Shown: one piece after another, positions 1 to 11,575 of the stretch | Layout: each line of letters begins with the position of its first letter | Numbering within the stretch: position 1 is the first letter of the stretch | NCBI RefSeq assembly: GCF_000497125.1 | Contig: NC_090596.1 | Location: 1,178,001-1,242,000 of the forward strand | Direction of reading: 5' to 3' | Source: Spironucleus salmonicida | Lineage: Eukaryota | Length of the DNA stretch: 64,000 nt | Notes under the pieces: model-generated | What the model saw: the letters and a program-made list of their open reading frames with translations, nothing else | What the model was told of the DNA's origin: nothing | The model's database searches: none | Made by a program: the position numbers and the translations under genes

Positions 1-1
1 A

Positions 2-1150
2 ACGAGCATGCAATAGTAGATACCTTCACAAATTTCCTAACCACCTATGTAAGTACCTACTCCACCCATGTAATAATAGGATCCAGCACCTGCAATTGTC
101 TCAAAACCAGTTGATCTTCTCGATGACGTAATGGGCGGTCCTCCTCCTAAACAGGCTCAGTAGAAAGTAGATCTAGTTGATGATATCTTTGGATTTGATA
201 GCCCAACAGTTTCTGCACCTGCTACTGCTTCCGCAGTTGCACCTGTTTTTAATGCTCCTAATGCATAGTAGTAAGTTTAGTAAGCTGCTCCAGTATAATA
301 GTAGTCATCTGAGCACCCAAATACGTAAACTCCCTAAGGAAATTACATGTTTGCTAACTGCCCAGTTCGTCCCAAAGATTAATCCTATCCTTTAAAATTA
401 GTAGTTGGTTTCACTAGAATTAACGATTCCCCAGTTATGTTAGTTTAAATTAAAAATACTGCTTAGACTCCTATTATGAAACCTACTTTCGTATTTTAGT
501 CTAATGCTTTTGGTATATAAGCATAAGAGTTAAATATCCCAGTTATCCCTGCATTAAACATGTTCAACTAAGGTAAACCAGTATAAATTAACTTTGTAGC
601 AGAATCTCCATCTAATACTCTTGCTAATAAATTTAACATGCCTGACCTCAAGTTATAGTCTCAGCTTAACGTTCTCACCTTCTAAGTCAATACTTCTTAG
701 GGAACATCTTACTTCTATTAGGTTAAGCTTCCAATTTCTATAGTATTCAACTCTTCTGGCTTTTGGCATAAATCTCGTCTTCTTACTGATTTCAATGGTG
801 CTCAAAACGTTCTTTCTTAATCAAACTAATGGCCTGAATTTATCGAAATTCAAAACGTTTTCTTTGGCTAACTTCAAGCCACAGATTTTTCAACTTCTAT
901 CAGCTCAGCTCTTATGAAACTTTAGGAAGCTAACTTCTTGCTTATTTAAACTACGAACGAGTCTGCTGATTTAGTTATCAACTCGACTATTCTTGGGTAA
1001 CAGGTCATTGCGGTCACTAATGTTTCTTGGTAACTGAGCCATAACCTCTAAAGTGTCGATTTCAGAGTTGTTTCTAAGGTTTAGGCTAGCCAGTCTCTTG
1101 TTGGTTAATTTGTTGTCAATGCTGCTGCTTAAGTTGTCTCTGGTAAGTGA
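2..1150 (+). CDS. Beta-adaptin (AP-1/AP-2 beta subunit), hinge plus appendage domain; 5' end outside window
   Basis: Open with TAA/TAG=Gln to TGA 1148-1150. Pro/Gln-rich hinge with DLLDD and DLVDDIFG, then LKLVVGFTRINDSPVMLVQIKNTAQTPIMKPTFVFQSNAFGI...YFYQVKLPISIVF, resembling the beta-adaptin ear. Confidence 0.75.
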
Positions 1151-1972
1151 TACTTTTTCTATTTTCTTATTCGTTATTATTTCGTGCATAAACTATATAT
1201 TCAGTAAATAGAATATCGAATATAATGCGAATATGCATCAGATCAATAATAGCAGTAATATCATTGATTAGATATTTATTTTTGAGTGAAAAGGTATTCT
1301 AATAATGAAATTTCTATAAAAATAATCTGATCAAACTATTAATCTGTACTTTGCAGAATTGGAGATTTTACTAAGACAAGTTCGGCATTCGCATTTTACA
1401 TATAGTATATAGAGTTAGTACAGTCACTAATGATCCTAAAATCTCTAAATAATCATCGCTTTCTTAGGACAGTAAGGTATTTAGCTTCACATATTCTAAA
1501 TATCCGATGCTAATTAAATAAAGTTTGGTTCATTATGGAATTTCTAAGCCACTATGTGAATTCTCTTCATACTACTGCTAGTAAAACGCCTATCATAGAG
1601 AAAATCACTATATTCAGATTTTCGTAATAATAAATAAAGACTTTCCAGCTACAAAATAATATTTTTCAGCGGAATTTTCAAAAAAAAGTAAAACAGTGAT
1701 TTGGTCAAAAATATTATTATAATTTAATGATACACTATATTTTCTCTATCCAGCAGGCCTGATTATGACCATTCAGCGTCAACATTCATCTCTTCATTCC
1801 ATTTGTTAAATAATAATATTATATAATATCATATAATAATGTCATATTTTATTTTAATAAATTAATCTAATTATTCCAATTTTGACAGTCTAAACGCGCA
1901 TAACAAACGTCTATCTACAACGCTATTTCCCTTATTAAACCGTCCCCTACAGGCAACAAAACGAAGAACAGA

Positions 1973-4900
1973 TCACTTCTTTGCATGTACCCCACCCTCA
2001 ACAGTGGCAGCTGCACCGTCGCCTTCGGCAACGACTTCCTCCTCGTGTTTCTCCTCCTCCTCGCCCTCGAAATCTTCTTCTCCCAACATATCGACTTCCG
2101 CGAGGTCATTCTCTTCACCGAACGCGTTTTCGAGCTTCAGTCTCGCGGCCTCGGCGGCCTCACGCGCCACTGCGCGCTTTTCCTGGACTTCGTGCATTTG
2201 CTTCACGGCGTTCAAATCCTCCCAGGCGTCGTCGATTCCGTCCTTAAACGGCTGGTCCGGGTACTTTCTTTTTTCGGTGTCTAACGAGATCTGTTTGAGC
2301 TTTCTGAAGTTCTCTTTTCCAGTTGATTTTGCTAGCTCGAAAAGCGTGCCGCCGGCGCGCATAAGGTTGGACGGAGTGTCAAATTCCACAATTTGGCCCG
2401 CGTCCATAACAATGATCTTGTCGAAGGCTATGACGGTATCCAGACGATGGGCAATCGAAAAGATAATACGATCGTCAAGCTGCTCTCTGATGATGTCCTA
2501 AACGAGCTGATCGGTGGCCTTGTCGACTTGAGAAGTGGCCTCGTCCATGACTACTGTGAAAGCCTTTGCAATTAAGGTTGAAGCGAAGATAATAAGCTGT
2601 TTCTAGCCGGAAGAAAGATTTGATGCGTTGTCGAAGATTTTGGAGTCTAAACCGCCTGGCTGCTTTCTGAAATAAGCGCCTAGATTAACACGATCTAGCG
2701 TTTCCCATAAATAAGCATCTGGCATTTTTTCATATTCGTCAGACGTGAGGCCTTCAATTTCGAGCTCTGAAGCTTTATCCAGAGCGGTACGAAGAGTACC
2801 GGAAAAGATATAAGGATCCTATGGAACAATAGCTAATCCTTTTCTAGAAGCATGAAGACCTACGTCATCAAGAATATTAACACCATCAAAGATAATTTTA
2901 CTGCCTTCGTCAGGAATATTGACTCTGAAAAGAGCCATTGTAAGGGTTGATTTAGCACACCCAGTTCTTCCTACGATACCTACGTGTTCAAATGGAGCGA
3001 CAGAAAAGTTTAAACCTTTTAACACTTGTGGGAGTTCTGGTCTATATCTGAAGAATAAATTCTTTATTTCAATAGAACCACCTTTCTTAGGCCATTCAGG
3101 AACTATTTCTCTTGAAGATTTGTATTTTCCTTCTCTAGGAAGACCTACGTATTCTAAAACTCTCTCAATAGAAACGCCTTCAGCTTCGACCTAAACGAAT
3201 GATAAAATAAGAGATAGAAGTGGTGACATGATACCAAAGGACTAAGATACAGAAACTGGGGCGAAAAGATCTAAATAAGGGAATTTAATAATACCCACTG
3301 ATAGAATGGAGGCTAAGCAAACGCCTGAACTGACAAAGCAGCCGAGCAAATTCATTCTATAAGTCAGCCATCTAACACAGCACTAGGAAGGCCACATAGC
3401 TTGAACATTTGTGTCGTTTTTCTCTCTGAATACTTTACAGAAAACATCTTCATATTAAATGGATCTAATTACAGCTAAGCTGCGCATAGTCTCATTTGAT
3501 TAAGAAATAATAGGACCTTTGAACGTCATGTCAATTTTCTTCAATGCTGGGGATACAATTCTAAATGCTTAGAAGAAATAGAAATACGCAATAAAAACTG
3601 GAATAATAACAACGGCAGAAGGCCAATTTATTGCTAACAGCATAATAAGAGTGATAAACCCAATAATGTTTACAAAAACTAAAACTAACTCTTTCATAAT
3701 GTTAACATCAACAGATTCGGTGTCTTTTGTAAATTTACTAATAATTGTTCCATTAGGTGTAACATCAAAGAATGATAATTTTGTACGAACAACTGAGCGA
3801 GTTAACTCAGCGTACATCTTTTTAGCTGAATTAATACCAACAATCATGAATAGGAAGAGTGAGAAGAAACTCATAAATAATGTGCCTCCTGATACACCGA
3901 CATAAATATACATTGCTAAATCACCAGTAAGAATTGGCACTTAACCTGAAGTCCATATAGCAATGAATATAATTAAAAAGATTTTTGCAATAAAAGACAG
4001 AAGGAGCAAAATCAAGAACGAAATACTACCACAAGCCCCACCATATTTGAAATATTTCTTATAACTATCAAATTTAGCCCTTTGAGCAGGCGCTAACATG
4101 AATAACATCATTTGATTGGGCTTAGGTGGTGCAGATTTAATTTCGAATGTTGTAAAATCGTTAATATTAAAGTTTTCTAAAGGTTATTTCCTCTTTTAAA
4201 TAACAAGACTATTCTTGTCATCTGGTGCGTTCTAAACCGTTCCACCAATTTCAGACCACTCTTGGCCAACATTAGCTGTATTACCAGTAAAATTCTATAA
4301 TTATTCAACAGAACCATCAAAAAGAACTATACCACTTTCAAGATACAAAACTCTATCACAATCTCCAAAGAATTAAGTCTAATGAGTTGAGATCATAACT
4401 GTAATTCCTTTGTATCTACAATAACCACAAATCATGTTTTACCATAATTATTTAGCAACAAAAGCATCAACAGCAGCCAAAGGATCGTCTAAGAATAAAA
4501 GATCAGGTTCAAAATATAATGCTCTAGCTAAGGCAACTCTTGCCTTTTGCCCCCCAGATAAACCGACACCATCAAAACCAACAGTGAATTGGTCGCCATC
4601 TTCCCATTCATCCAAATCAGTAAGTAAAGCACAAAGAGCACAAATTGATTTGTATTTAATTTCATCAAATTCTTAGAAGAAAATGATGTTATGCTTAATT
4701 GTACCAGCAAAAATGATAGGTTACTAAGAATAGTACGCTATTCTTTTTGCATTCATTATAATTTTAGGAGCAGGAATTTCTTCCTCGCATTCCTCTTATA
4801 TCGATGTAGATGATGAATCATCATCTTTTTTCTTAACTGTCGTATCAATTTTGAAGTTCTTATCTTCGAGTTTCACTAACGTAGAAAGATCAAAATTAGG

Positions 4901-7177
4901 ATCGACAAAATCATAAGTTTCCTTATCATAATATCTAATAATTTAATCATGTTACTTAAGACCTTTACGCTGAATACGCTCAAGTCTAAGCTCACCTAAT
5001 AATGCTTAAAATAATGTGGATTTTCCAGAACCAACAGAACCACAAATACCAATGAGTTCTCCCTTACGGACTTCTAACTCTAAATCACGAATGGAGCATT
5101 GCAAATCATCAAGGGACTAAATAATTTTAAGTTTGAATCTTTAATAATACGGGGTAACAATTCTTAAATTTATATACATTCTTCTCAAAAAGTCTAAATC
5201 TGAATCAAACTCAAAACGTCTAGTCATTTTTTATTCATCATAAAGCGATAAGTTTTCTATTTTACTAATAGGTAAAGTATCAATTTCCATACACCAATTA
5301 TCTAACAAAGTCGAAATAAGTTCATGAGAAATTCTTTTATGCTTGGTACGTTCTAATTCACCTCTCTTTCTTCTTTATAAAAAAGTAAGATGATCGCCTC
5401 TAATAATTTTGAATCCATTATTATCAATATTTCTAAAATAATCAAAACTTGGTCCTCTTTTCAAAACTTCCACATCAGCACGAATAGCTTAAAATGTTTC
5501 AGATTTTTAATCAGCATTAAAGATATCTAAGAATGTTTCATACGCACTGTTATACATATCAATGTATGACTCATAATTTCTAATAATTCTTTAAATTTTA
5601 TCTCTATGAAGAGCAAAATCTGTATCTAAAACTGGAGGAATTACTAAATCGTCTGAAATAGCATAAGTAAATGATGGTACATTCTCAATGTGAATCATTA
5701 ATTCTGAAGCAGGATCCATATTATTTTGATCTACAGGCCCATCAATATTATCATTTTTAGACTGAGCAAATATTGCTTCGGATTAAATAATTTCAGTCTA
5801 TGAGTCTGGCGAGTCCCCATCATCATCAGAACGTTTATTACCACGGCAAGTCCAAGTAATACAACCAATATCAGTTTCTGGCATTGATAAAAATGCTCTT
5901 AAACGTTGACCACAAACATTTGATTCTAAATAAGTAGAAAACATTAATGGTAATAATAATAGAATATTATTCAGGAAATCATAAAGATACATAACTGTGA
6001 ACACATTAGATGCAATAAAAGGAATGCTAGGAGATGTTGTAGTACCAAATTTATAAATGATAGAGAAAGTAACAGCATTCATAATAATTGATGCAGCAGA
6101 TTACATAACATTCATGCTAATAATAATGAGACCATACTTTTTAAGTACTTTTAATTCTTTCTTACGAATATTAGTAAGCTTTTATTCAGTAACAAGCTCA
6201 GTTCTAAAATATTTAATCATCTTCATGCCTTATAAAACTTCTTGAACTTTGCCAACACGAGCATCTCTATAACCCATCAAAACACGTTAGACAGTAACAT
6301 TTTGATTACTAATGATAATAACAACTGGGAAAATGATACAAACAATACCTATACCAATTAAAGAGAATATTCTGATTAATACTACTAAATAGACAATAAC
6401 AAATATTGCCTAAAATAAGTATAAGATGATGAGTGGTAAAAACTACAAAGTTGATTAAATCCTAAAACTATCAGTGAAAAGCAGATTAGTAACATCTCTA
6501 ATCTAAGTATTATTAGCTTTAATTCGCATCATTTTAAGATAAAGAACATCTTATAAGGCTTAAAACCCTTGGGTTGATATTTTGAATGCAAAAGTAGAAA
6601 CTATTGTATCTAAAATACAATAAATTACTTAGACTACAAATAATATACCACAAAGAATATATCCAAAAGCAGCACTATCTGTAAAAGATGCACTTACAGG
6701 TGGTGTTGCCCCACTTGATGATGTTTCGATAATTTTGACCAAGAATTAAATCATAATAGGAGCGACAACAGAAGTTGCTAAATAAAATGGGAAAATAATA
6801 AATAGAAGAACTGCATTCTTCATAAAAGCTTTGAAAATTACATTTAAAACCACTGGTAATTCATCTTTCTTTTTGGACATAAAATCCCATCTTTTTCTAT
6901 TCCATTCTAAAGCAAAGGCACGACCACAGTTAGCAGATTACATATCAGGATGGGGTGGATAAAGTTCATTAGGTGTAATATTTCTGCTTTTGACAGCTTT
7001 TTTGATAATTGGATTCATCCATCCGAATGTATAACGATCTACTCGATTGGATAAATCTTCTAAAGGTACTGTAGGCTTTTCTGTAACAACTGGAGGAGGA
7101 GGAGTTTGAGGGGCATCCTACTACGTCAGAGACGTCAGTAAAGTTAGATCTTTAGTTTTTTTGTCCTTGCGGGCCAT
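1973..7177 (-). CDS. ABCC/MRP-type full ABC transporter (TMD-NBD-TMD-NBD), ~1734 aa
   Basis: ATG 7177 and TGA 1973 are in frame. NBD1 [38 protein letters not shown]2 [20 protein letters not shown]2 [38 protein letters not shown]; acidic C-terminal tail. Confidence 0.92.
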
Positions 7178-7384
7178 TTTAAAATTTAACTAATCGTAAA
7201 CTAATAATATATAATATTAAATATATAAGGTTTATTTACCATTGTGGTTTACGATTATAATCTTATCCCATATTATATTTAATAAATATGTAAAAATTTA
7301 AAGTCAGGATAAACCATTAGTTATAATATTATATCAAAATATTGGTTAATATGAATATAGTGTATACTAAAATACATAATAATA

Positions 7385-8995
7385 GATGGTTAATGTGTGT
7401 ACTCTAGCGTTCAGTTTTACAATTCGTTCCTGTTCTTTGCCCCGTACTCCTTCTTCATCCTTTCTTTGTTCTAAGTTGTGAATGTGGCCAAGCTGAAGGA
7501 GAAGCGGAGATACGAGTATCTAATTTGCCTCGGTTTGCACAAGCAAAATTTTTGGCTCGGTGTGGCCTCGATAACGGCTGCTGAAACTCTGCTAGTCAGC
7601 CTGATGATGGGATTCCTGGTGTTCTTTTTACAGTAAGTCAAGATTGCGCCCGCAGTATCCTTCTTTGCATTTGTGATGTCGGTATTCCCAGCGCTGGCAT
7701 TTTCTGTGGGGTTCTCGATGTTCATCCTGAGCATCGGGTCTAAGCAGTCTCAGATACTGGTCATATTTGTAATTACGGGCGTCATAGGCCAGTTTGGCTA
7801 CATGGTCATCCAGCTAGTGTTCTCTACCGATTACCAAATAATAGCCCAGTTCCTTTGCATGTTTTTCTTCCCTTCCTCTGCCGCCGTTGTCTACTACAAC
7901 AAAATATCGTACCTCTACCTCCAGCAGCAGAGCTTCTCCTTCATCGAGTTCTTCAGTAACTACGACACGCAGCACGGATCTCTGCTCTACATATGCCTGA
8001 TATCGCTCGTATCCATGATACTGTATTTCGCTGCGGGGATATATATCGACCGATCCGTGCGCGTGGGAGAGAATCCCGTCCAGAGTTCGATCAGAAATCA
8101 CCCGCCCGACCCTGCATCTATCAGCAGCCTGCGCATCGATAATCTAACAGTGTCGTATAAAATAAAACGGAACCAGAAGGTGGCACTCGACGACGTGAGC
8201 CTCGACATCCCGTTGTAGGGGCAGATAATAGGGCTCGTGGCCGAGAACGGGGCCGGGAAGACAACGCTGTTCAAGGCCATCCAGGGGTCCGTAACGCCTT
8301 CCGTCGGGAATATTTCCTGCTGCGGGCGCCAGAAGGCCACCCAGAACCACGAGTACTACGAAAGGCTCAGCATCATGTTTTAGGAAAATATCACCTTCCA
8401 GAACCTCACGGTCCAGCAGCATGTCAGCCTCTGCAACTCCATCGTGGGCCAGAGTCAGGCCAGGGTATCGCAGGTATTGGGCCTTCTGGAGCTAACGGAG
8501 CGGGGCAAGCAGGTGGAGAAGCTGTCCGGGGGGTACCAGCGCCGGCTGAACCTGGCGATCGCGCTGCTGAAGGACGCTGCGCTGTACTTACTGGACGAGC
8601 CGACATGCGGCATCGACCTCAACAGCCAGAGAATCATATCTGCCGCCCTGCGCCAGCTGAGTGGGACGGTGCTCATGTCGACGCACCAGATATCGGAAAT
8701 CAACTCCCTCTGCAGCGAGGTGGTCGTGCTGCAGCACGGGCGGGTCCTCGTCTCCGGGAACGTGCGCCAGCTGCAGCGGCAGGTGGGGTTCGGGTGGCGA
8801 GTATACCCGCGCCACGACCGCGCTCGAAGCGAGTGGGCGGCGGAGGGATTCGACCAGGAGCAGCGAGTGCAGCAGGTGGGGCGGGAGATCAGGGTCCCCT
8901 TCGCGATGGAGGCGGCCATGCCCGCGGTGCTGTCGTTCGCGGGGGCGGGGTGCCGGGTCGCCGAGGACGGGATCGAGTCCGTATTCTACCAGTGA
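7385..8995 (+). pseudogene. 5'-truncated copy of the ABCA-like half transporter (full copy 30200-32281)
   Basis: Frame open to TGA 8995 (AENGAGKTT, LSGGYQRRL, LLDEPTCGID), but similarity to the other copy stops near 7385, there is an in-frame TGA at 7352 and the first in-frame ATG is near 7604, so about 160 or more N-terminal residues are missing. Confidence 0.7.
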
Positions 8996-9113
8996 GAGAT
9001 TGCAGAATTCTACCGATTCACAAGAAAGTGTTCCCGCAACACTTTCCGCGGAAACCCGATATTACTACGGATATGCAGTCACTTTTCCGTTCCACTAACT
9101 AACGCCACACAGA

Positions 9114-9539
9114 ATGACGAGCAGGACCTGGACCGAGAACGAGACCTCCCTCCTGCGTGGCGCGGTGCGGGGGACTACCCCGGGCCGGTGCATCCGCTGG
9201 GAGGCGATCGCCGCGGTAGTGACCACCAAGAGCGCCCGCCAGTGCTACGTCCGGTACCACAACATCGAGAAGTTCAGCGTGGGCGGCGGCCAGCCCCACA
9301 CGAAGTCAGTCTGGACGTCGGAGATGGACAGCGCGGTAATCCGCGAGGCCGCGGCCACCGGGCGCAAGTGGGTGCTGGTGGCGGAGCGCATCGGCCTGTC
9401 GGTGTCGGTGTGCAAGAACCGCTTCTACGTGCTGCGGCGCGGGGGCGAACGTGGCGTCTTGAGCAAGCTGCCGGTCATGCCGGAGGATCTTTGGGAGGAG
9501 CAGAGCGGTGCCCTCCAGGAGCTGAGCTGGCTGTGGTGA
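9114..9539 (+). CDS. Small two-repeat Myb/SANT DNA-binding protein, 141 aa
   Basis: WTENE...IRWEAIAAVVTTKSARQCYVRY and WTSEMD...KWVLVAERIG...CKNRFY. Confidence 0.9.
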   Translation: MTSRTWTENETSLLRGAVRGTTPGRCIRWEAIAAVVTTKSARQCYVRYHNIEKFSVGGGQPHTKSVWTSEMDSAVIREAAATGRKWVLVAERIGLSVSVCKNRFYVLRRGGERGVLSKLPVMPEDLWEEQSGALQELSWLW

Positions 9540-9548
9540 TCGACTTCT

Positions 9549-9902
9549 TCACTCTAGAACCAGCACGGGCTGGTCGCGCCTTGCCATGCGCCGCAGGACG
9601 TAGTAGCGGTTCTTGGCCACGCTGACCCCCACGCCCAGCTGGCCGGCGACAGCCGCCCACGCGTTCCCGTTCGCCATGGCAATGTGCAGCAGCAGGTGGT
9701 CCTGCAGGGGCGACCACTGCATCCTGCCGTTGGGGCGGTCCCCGAACTTCTCGATGTTGTGGAAGCGCACGGAGCACTGCTTCGCGGTCTTGGAGCCCAC
9801 CGCGCCTGCCACCCCCTCCCAGCTCACGCCGCCCAGGGAGGTCTCGGCGAGCACGGCGCCGCGCAGCGTCTCTACCTCAGCGGGGCTCCAGTAGCGGGTC
9901 AT
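9549..9902 (-). CDS. Small two-repeat Myb protein, 117 aa, paralogue of 9114-9539
   Basis: ATG 9902; WSPAE...VSWEGVAGAVGSKTAKQCSVRFHNIEKF, WSPLQD...WAAVA...AKNRYY. Confidence 0.9.
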   Translation of the reverse strand: MTRYWSPAEVETLRGAVLAETSLGGVSWEGVAGAVGSKTAKQCSVRFHNIEKFGDRPNGRMQWSPLQDHLLLHIAMANGNAWAAVAGQLGVGVSVAKNRYYVLRRMARRDQPVLVLE

Positions 9903-10110
9903 GGGAGCGGGAACACTTTCGGACACGGGACAATTGCCGGAGCTGGCTAAGTGTTGCAGGACAGTTTAAGAATGCGGAACACTTTTGGGTATATTAGTAT
10001 ATTGGCACCAAATCGGCAAGAGTGCTCTGAATAACTGACATTTGGAGATCCTCACGATAATCAATATCATACCAAGTCCACTAGAGTTCCAATCACCCGA
10101 AGTTTATAAA

Positions 10111-11550
10111 ATGGCCGATGTAGATTACGACGGCACCGTCACTCAGGAGGTGGTCGAGCGCGACCCGAACCTCGACTGGCCCACCTGGAAGATCCTGATG
10201 ATCAACCTCACCATGTGCGGCGTGGGCTTCTGCTTCTCCGTATACGTCGTCATCAACCAGCCATACCTCGAGGAGCTGAACCTGGGCCCCTCCACCTCGT
10301 CCATCGTGCAGGTGCTCGGGCCCGTGTGCGGCTTCTTCGTCCAACCCGTGGTGGGCTACCTCACCGATCGCTCCCGGAGCAAGTTCGGTGCCCGGAAGCT
10401 CTACGTCACCATCGGCTGCGTGCTCACCGCCCTCTCTCAGCTCTGGTGCGGCTTCGCACAGAAGGCCGCTGCGACCATGTACACCGAGGACCTCACCGCT
10501 GGCTCCAAGTACCTCGGCTTCGTCCAGGGCTGGGCCATCGTGGGCATCGTGTTCTTCAACATCGCGGTCAACGTGGAGCTGGGCAGTTTCCACTCCCTAA
10601 TAGCGGTCAACGTGCCCAAGGAGTCCCAGGGCAAGGGCGCCTCCGGACAGGCCCTCATGGGCGGCATCTCGAACACAATCTCCAACGTGATCATGCTCGT
10701 CCTCTACCTGACCTCCCCGATAGACACGAAGCCCGGAGCACCTACTAACAGCCACGTGATGTCCTGGGTCAAGCTGTACCCCGTCATGGCCCCGATCGCC
10801 TGCGTGGTGACGCTCGTCTCCTTCATCCCCGCCTTCATCCTGGTCAAGGAGACGCAGATCGTCGAGGCGAAGGCCTCCAGCAACGTGTTCAAGGAGCTCT
10901 ACATCGAGTTCCGCGGCATGAACAAGATCTTCTACTTCGCCATGATCGTCCTCTTCGTGGACTGGCTCACCTTCACGCCCAACCAGCAGTTCCTCGGCAA
11001 GATCTTCTCCGTCGACGTCACCAACATGTGCGCCATCGCCCAGAACGTCGTCGTCATGATATTCTCCCCCTTCCTCCCAGGCCTCGTCAAAAAATTCGGC
11101 GAGCGCAACATGCAGTTTTTCGCGGCGGGGACCAACGTCCTCGCGATGTGCATCCTCTTCGCGGGCGCCTTCCCGGGCGGCGCAGCTGTCAACCACGTGG
11201 CCGTGCAGATCTTCTGCCAGGCCATCATCGGCTTCCTGAACGCGTGCATGAACTCGATCCACCTCATCATCGTGGGCGTGCTGGCGCCCCAGAAGTCCAA
11301 GGGTCTCTACGCGGGTATCTTCAACTGCACGATCGTGGTGGCCCAGGCCGTGGACTCCGCGATCATCTCGGGCGTGTCCGCCTTAGTGGGCAACTCGGCC
11401 TCGCTGTACGTGTCCTTCGTGACCTCGATCCTGCTGGTGCTCGTGAGCCCCCTCATCGTGAAGCGCACGGACCGCGAGGTGAGCATGGACGATAGAGTGG
11501 CCGCCCAGAAGGAAGAACCCGAGATCAGGACCTCCAACCCCCTCGACTGA
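10111..11550 (+). CDS. MFS transporter, sucrose/SLC45-like (GPH) type, 479 aa
   Basis: ATG after TATAAA; ~12 hydrophobic segments; GPVCGFFVQPVVGYLTDRSRSKFGARK matches the SUT/SLC45 loop motif; GLYAGIFNCTIVVAQ. Confidence 0.88.
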   Translation: MADVDYDGTVTQEVVERDPNLDWPTWKILMINLTMCGVGFCFSVYVVINQPYLEELNLGPSTSSIVQVLGPVCGFFVQPVVGYLTDRSRSKFGARKLYVTIGCVLTALSQLWCGFAQKAAATMYTEDLTAGSKYLGFVQGWAIVGIVFFNIAVNVELGSFHSLIAVNVPKESQGKGASGQALMGGISNTISNVIMLVLYLTSPIDTKPGAPTNSHVMSWVKLYPVMAPIACVVTLVSFIPAFILVKETQIVEAKASSNVFKELYIEFRGMNKIFYFAMIVLFVDWLTFTPNQQFLGKIFSVDVTNMCAIAQNVVVMIFSPFLPGLVKKFGERNMQFFAAGTNVLAMCILFAGAFPGGAAVNHVAVQIFCQAIIGFLNACMNSIHLIIVGVLAPQKSKGLYAGIFNCTIVVAQAVDSAIISGVSALVGNSASLYVSFVTSILLVLVSPLIVKRTDREVSMDDRVAAQKEEPEIRTSNPLD

Positions 11551-11575
11551 TTTGTTTTCTCACTGCCCCTCCGAA

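Noticed and set aside
1973-7177. Reading fragmented ORFs as pseudogenes or intron-split genes
   Set aside because: Breaks are TAA/TAG at Gln positions (e.g. LSSGQKQL); the fragments share one frame.
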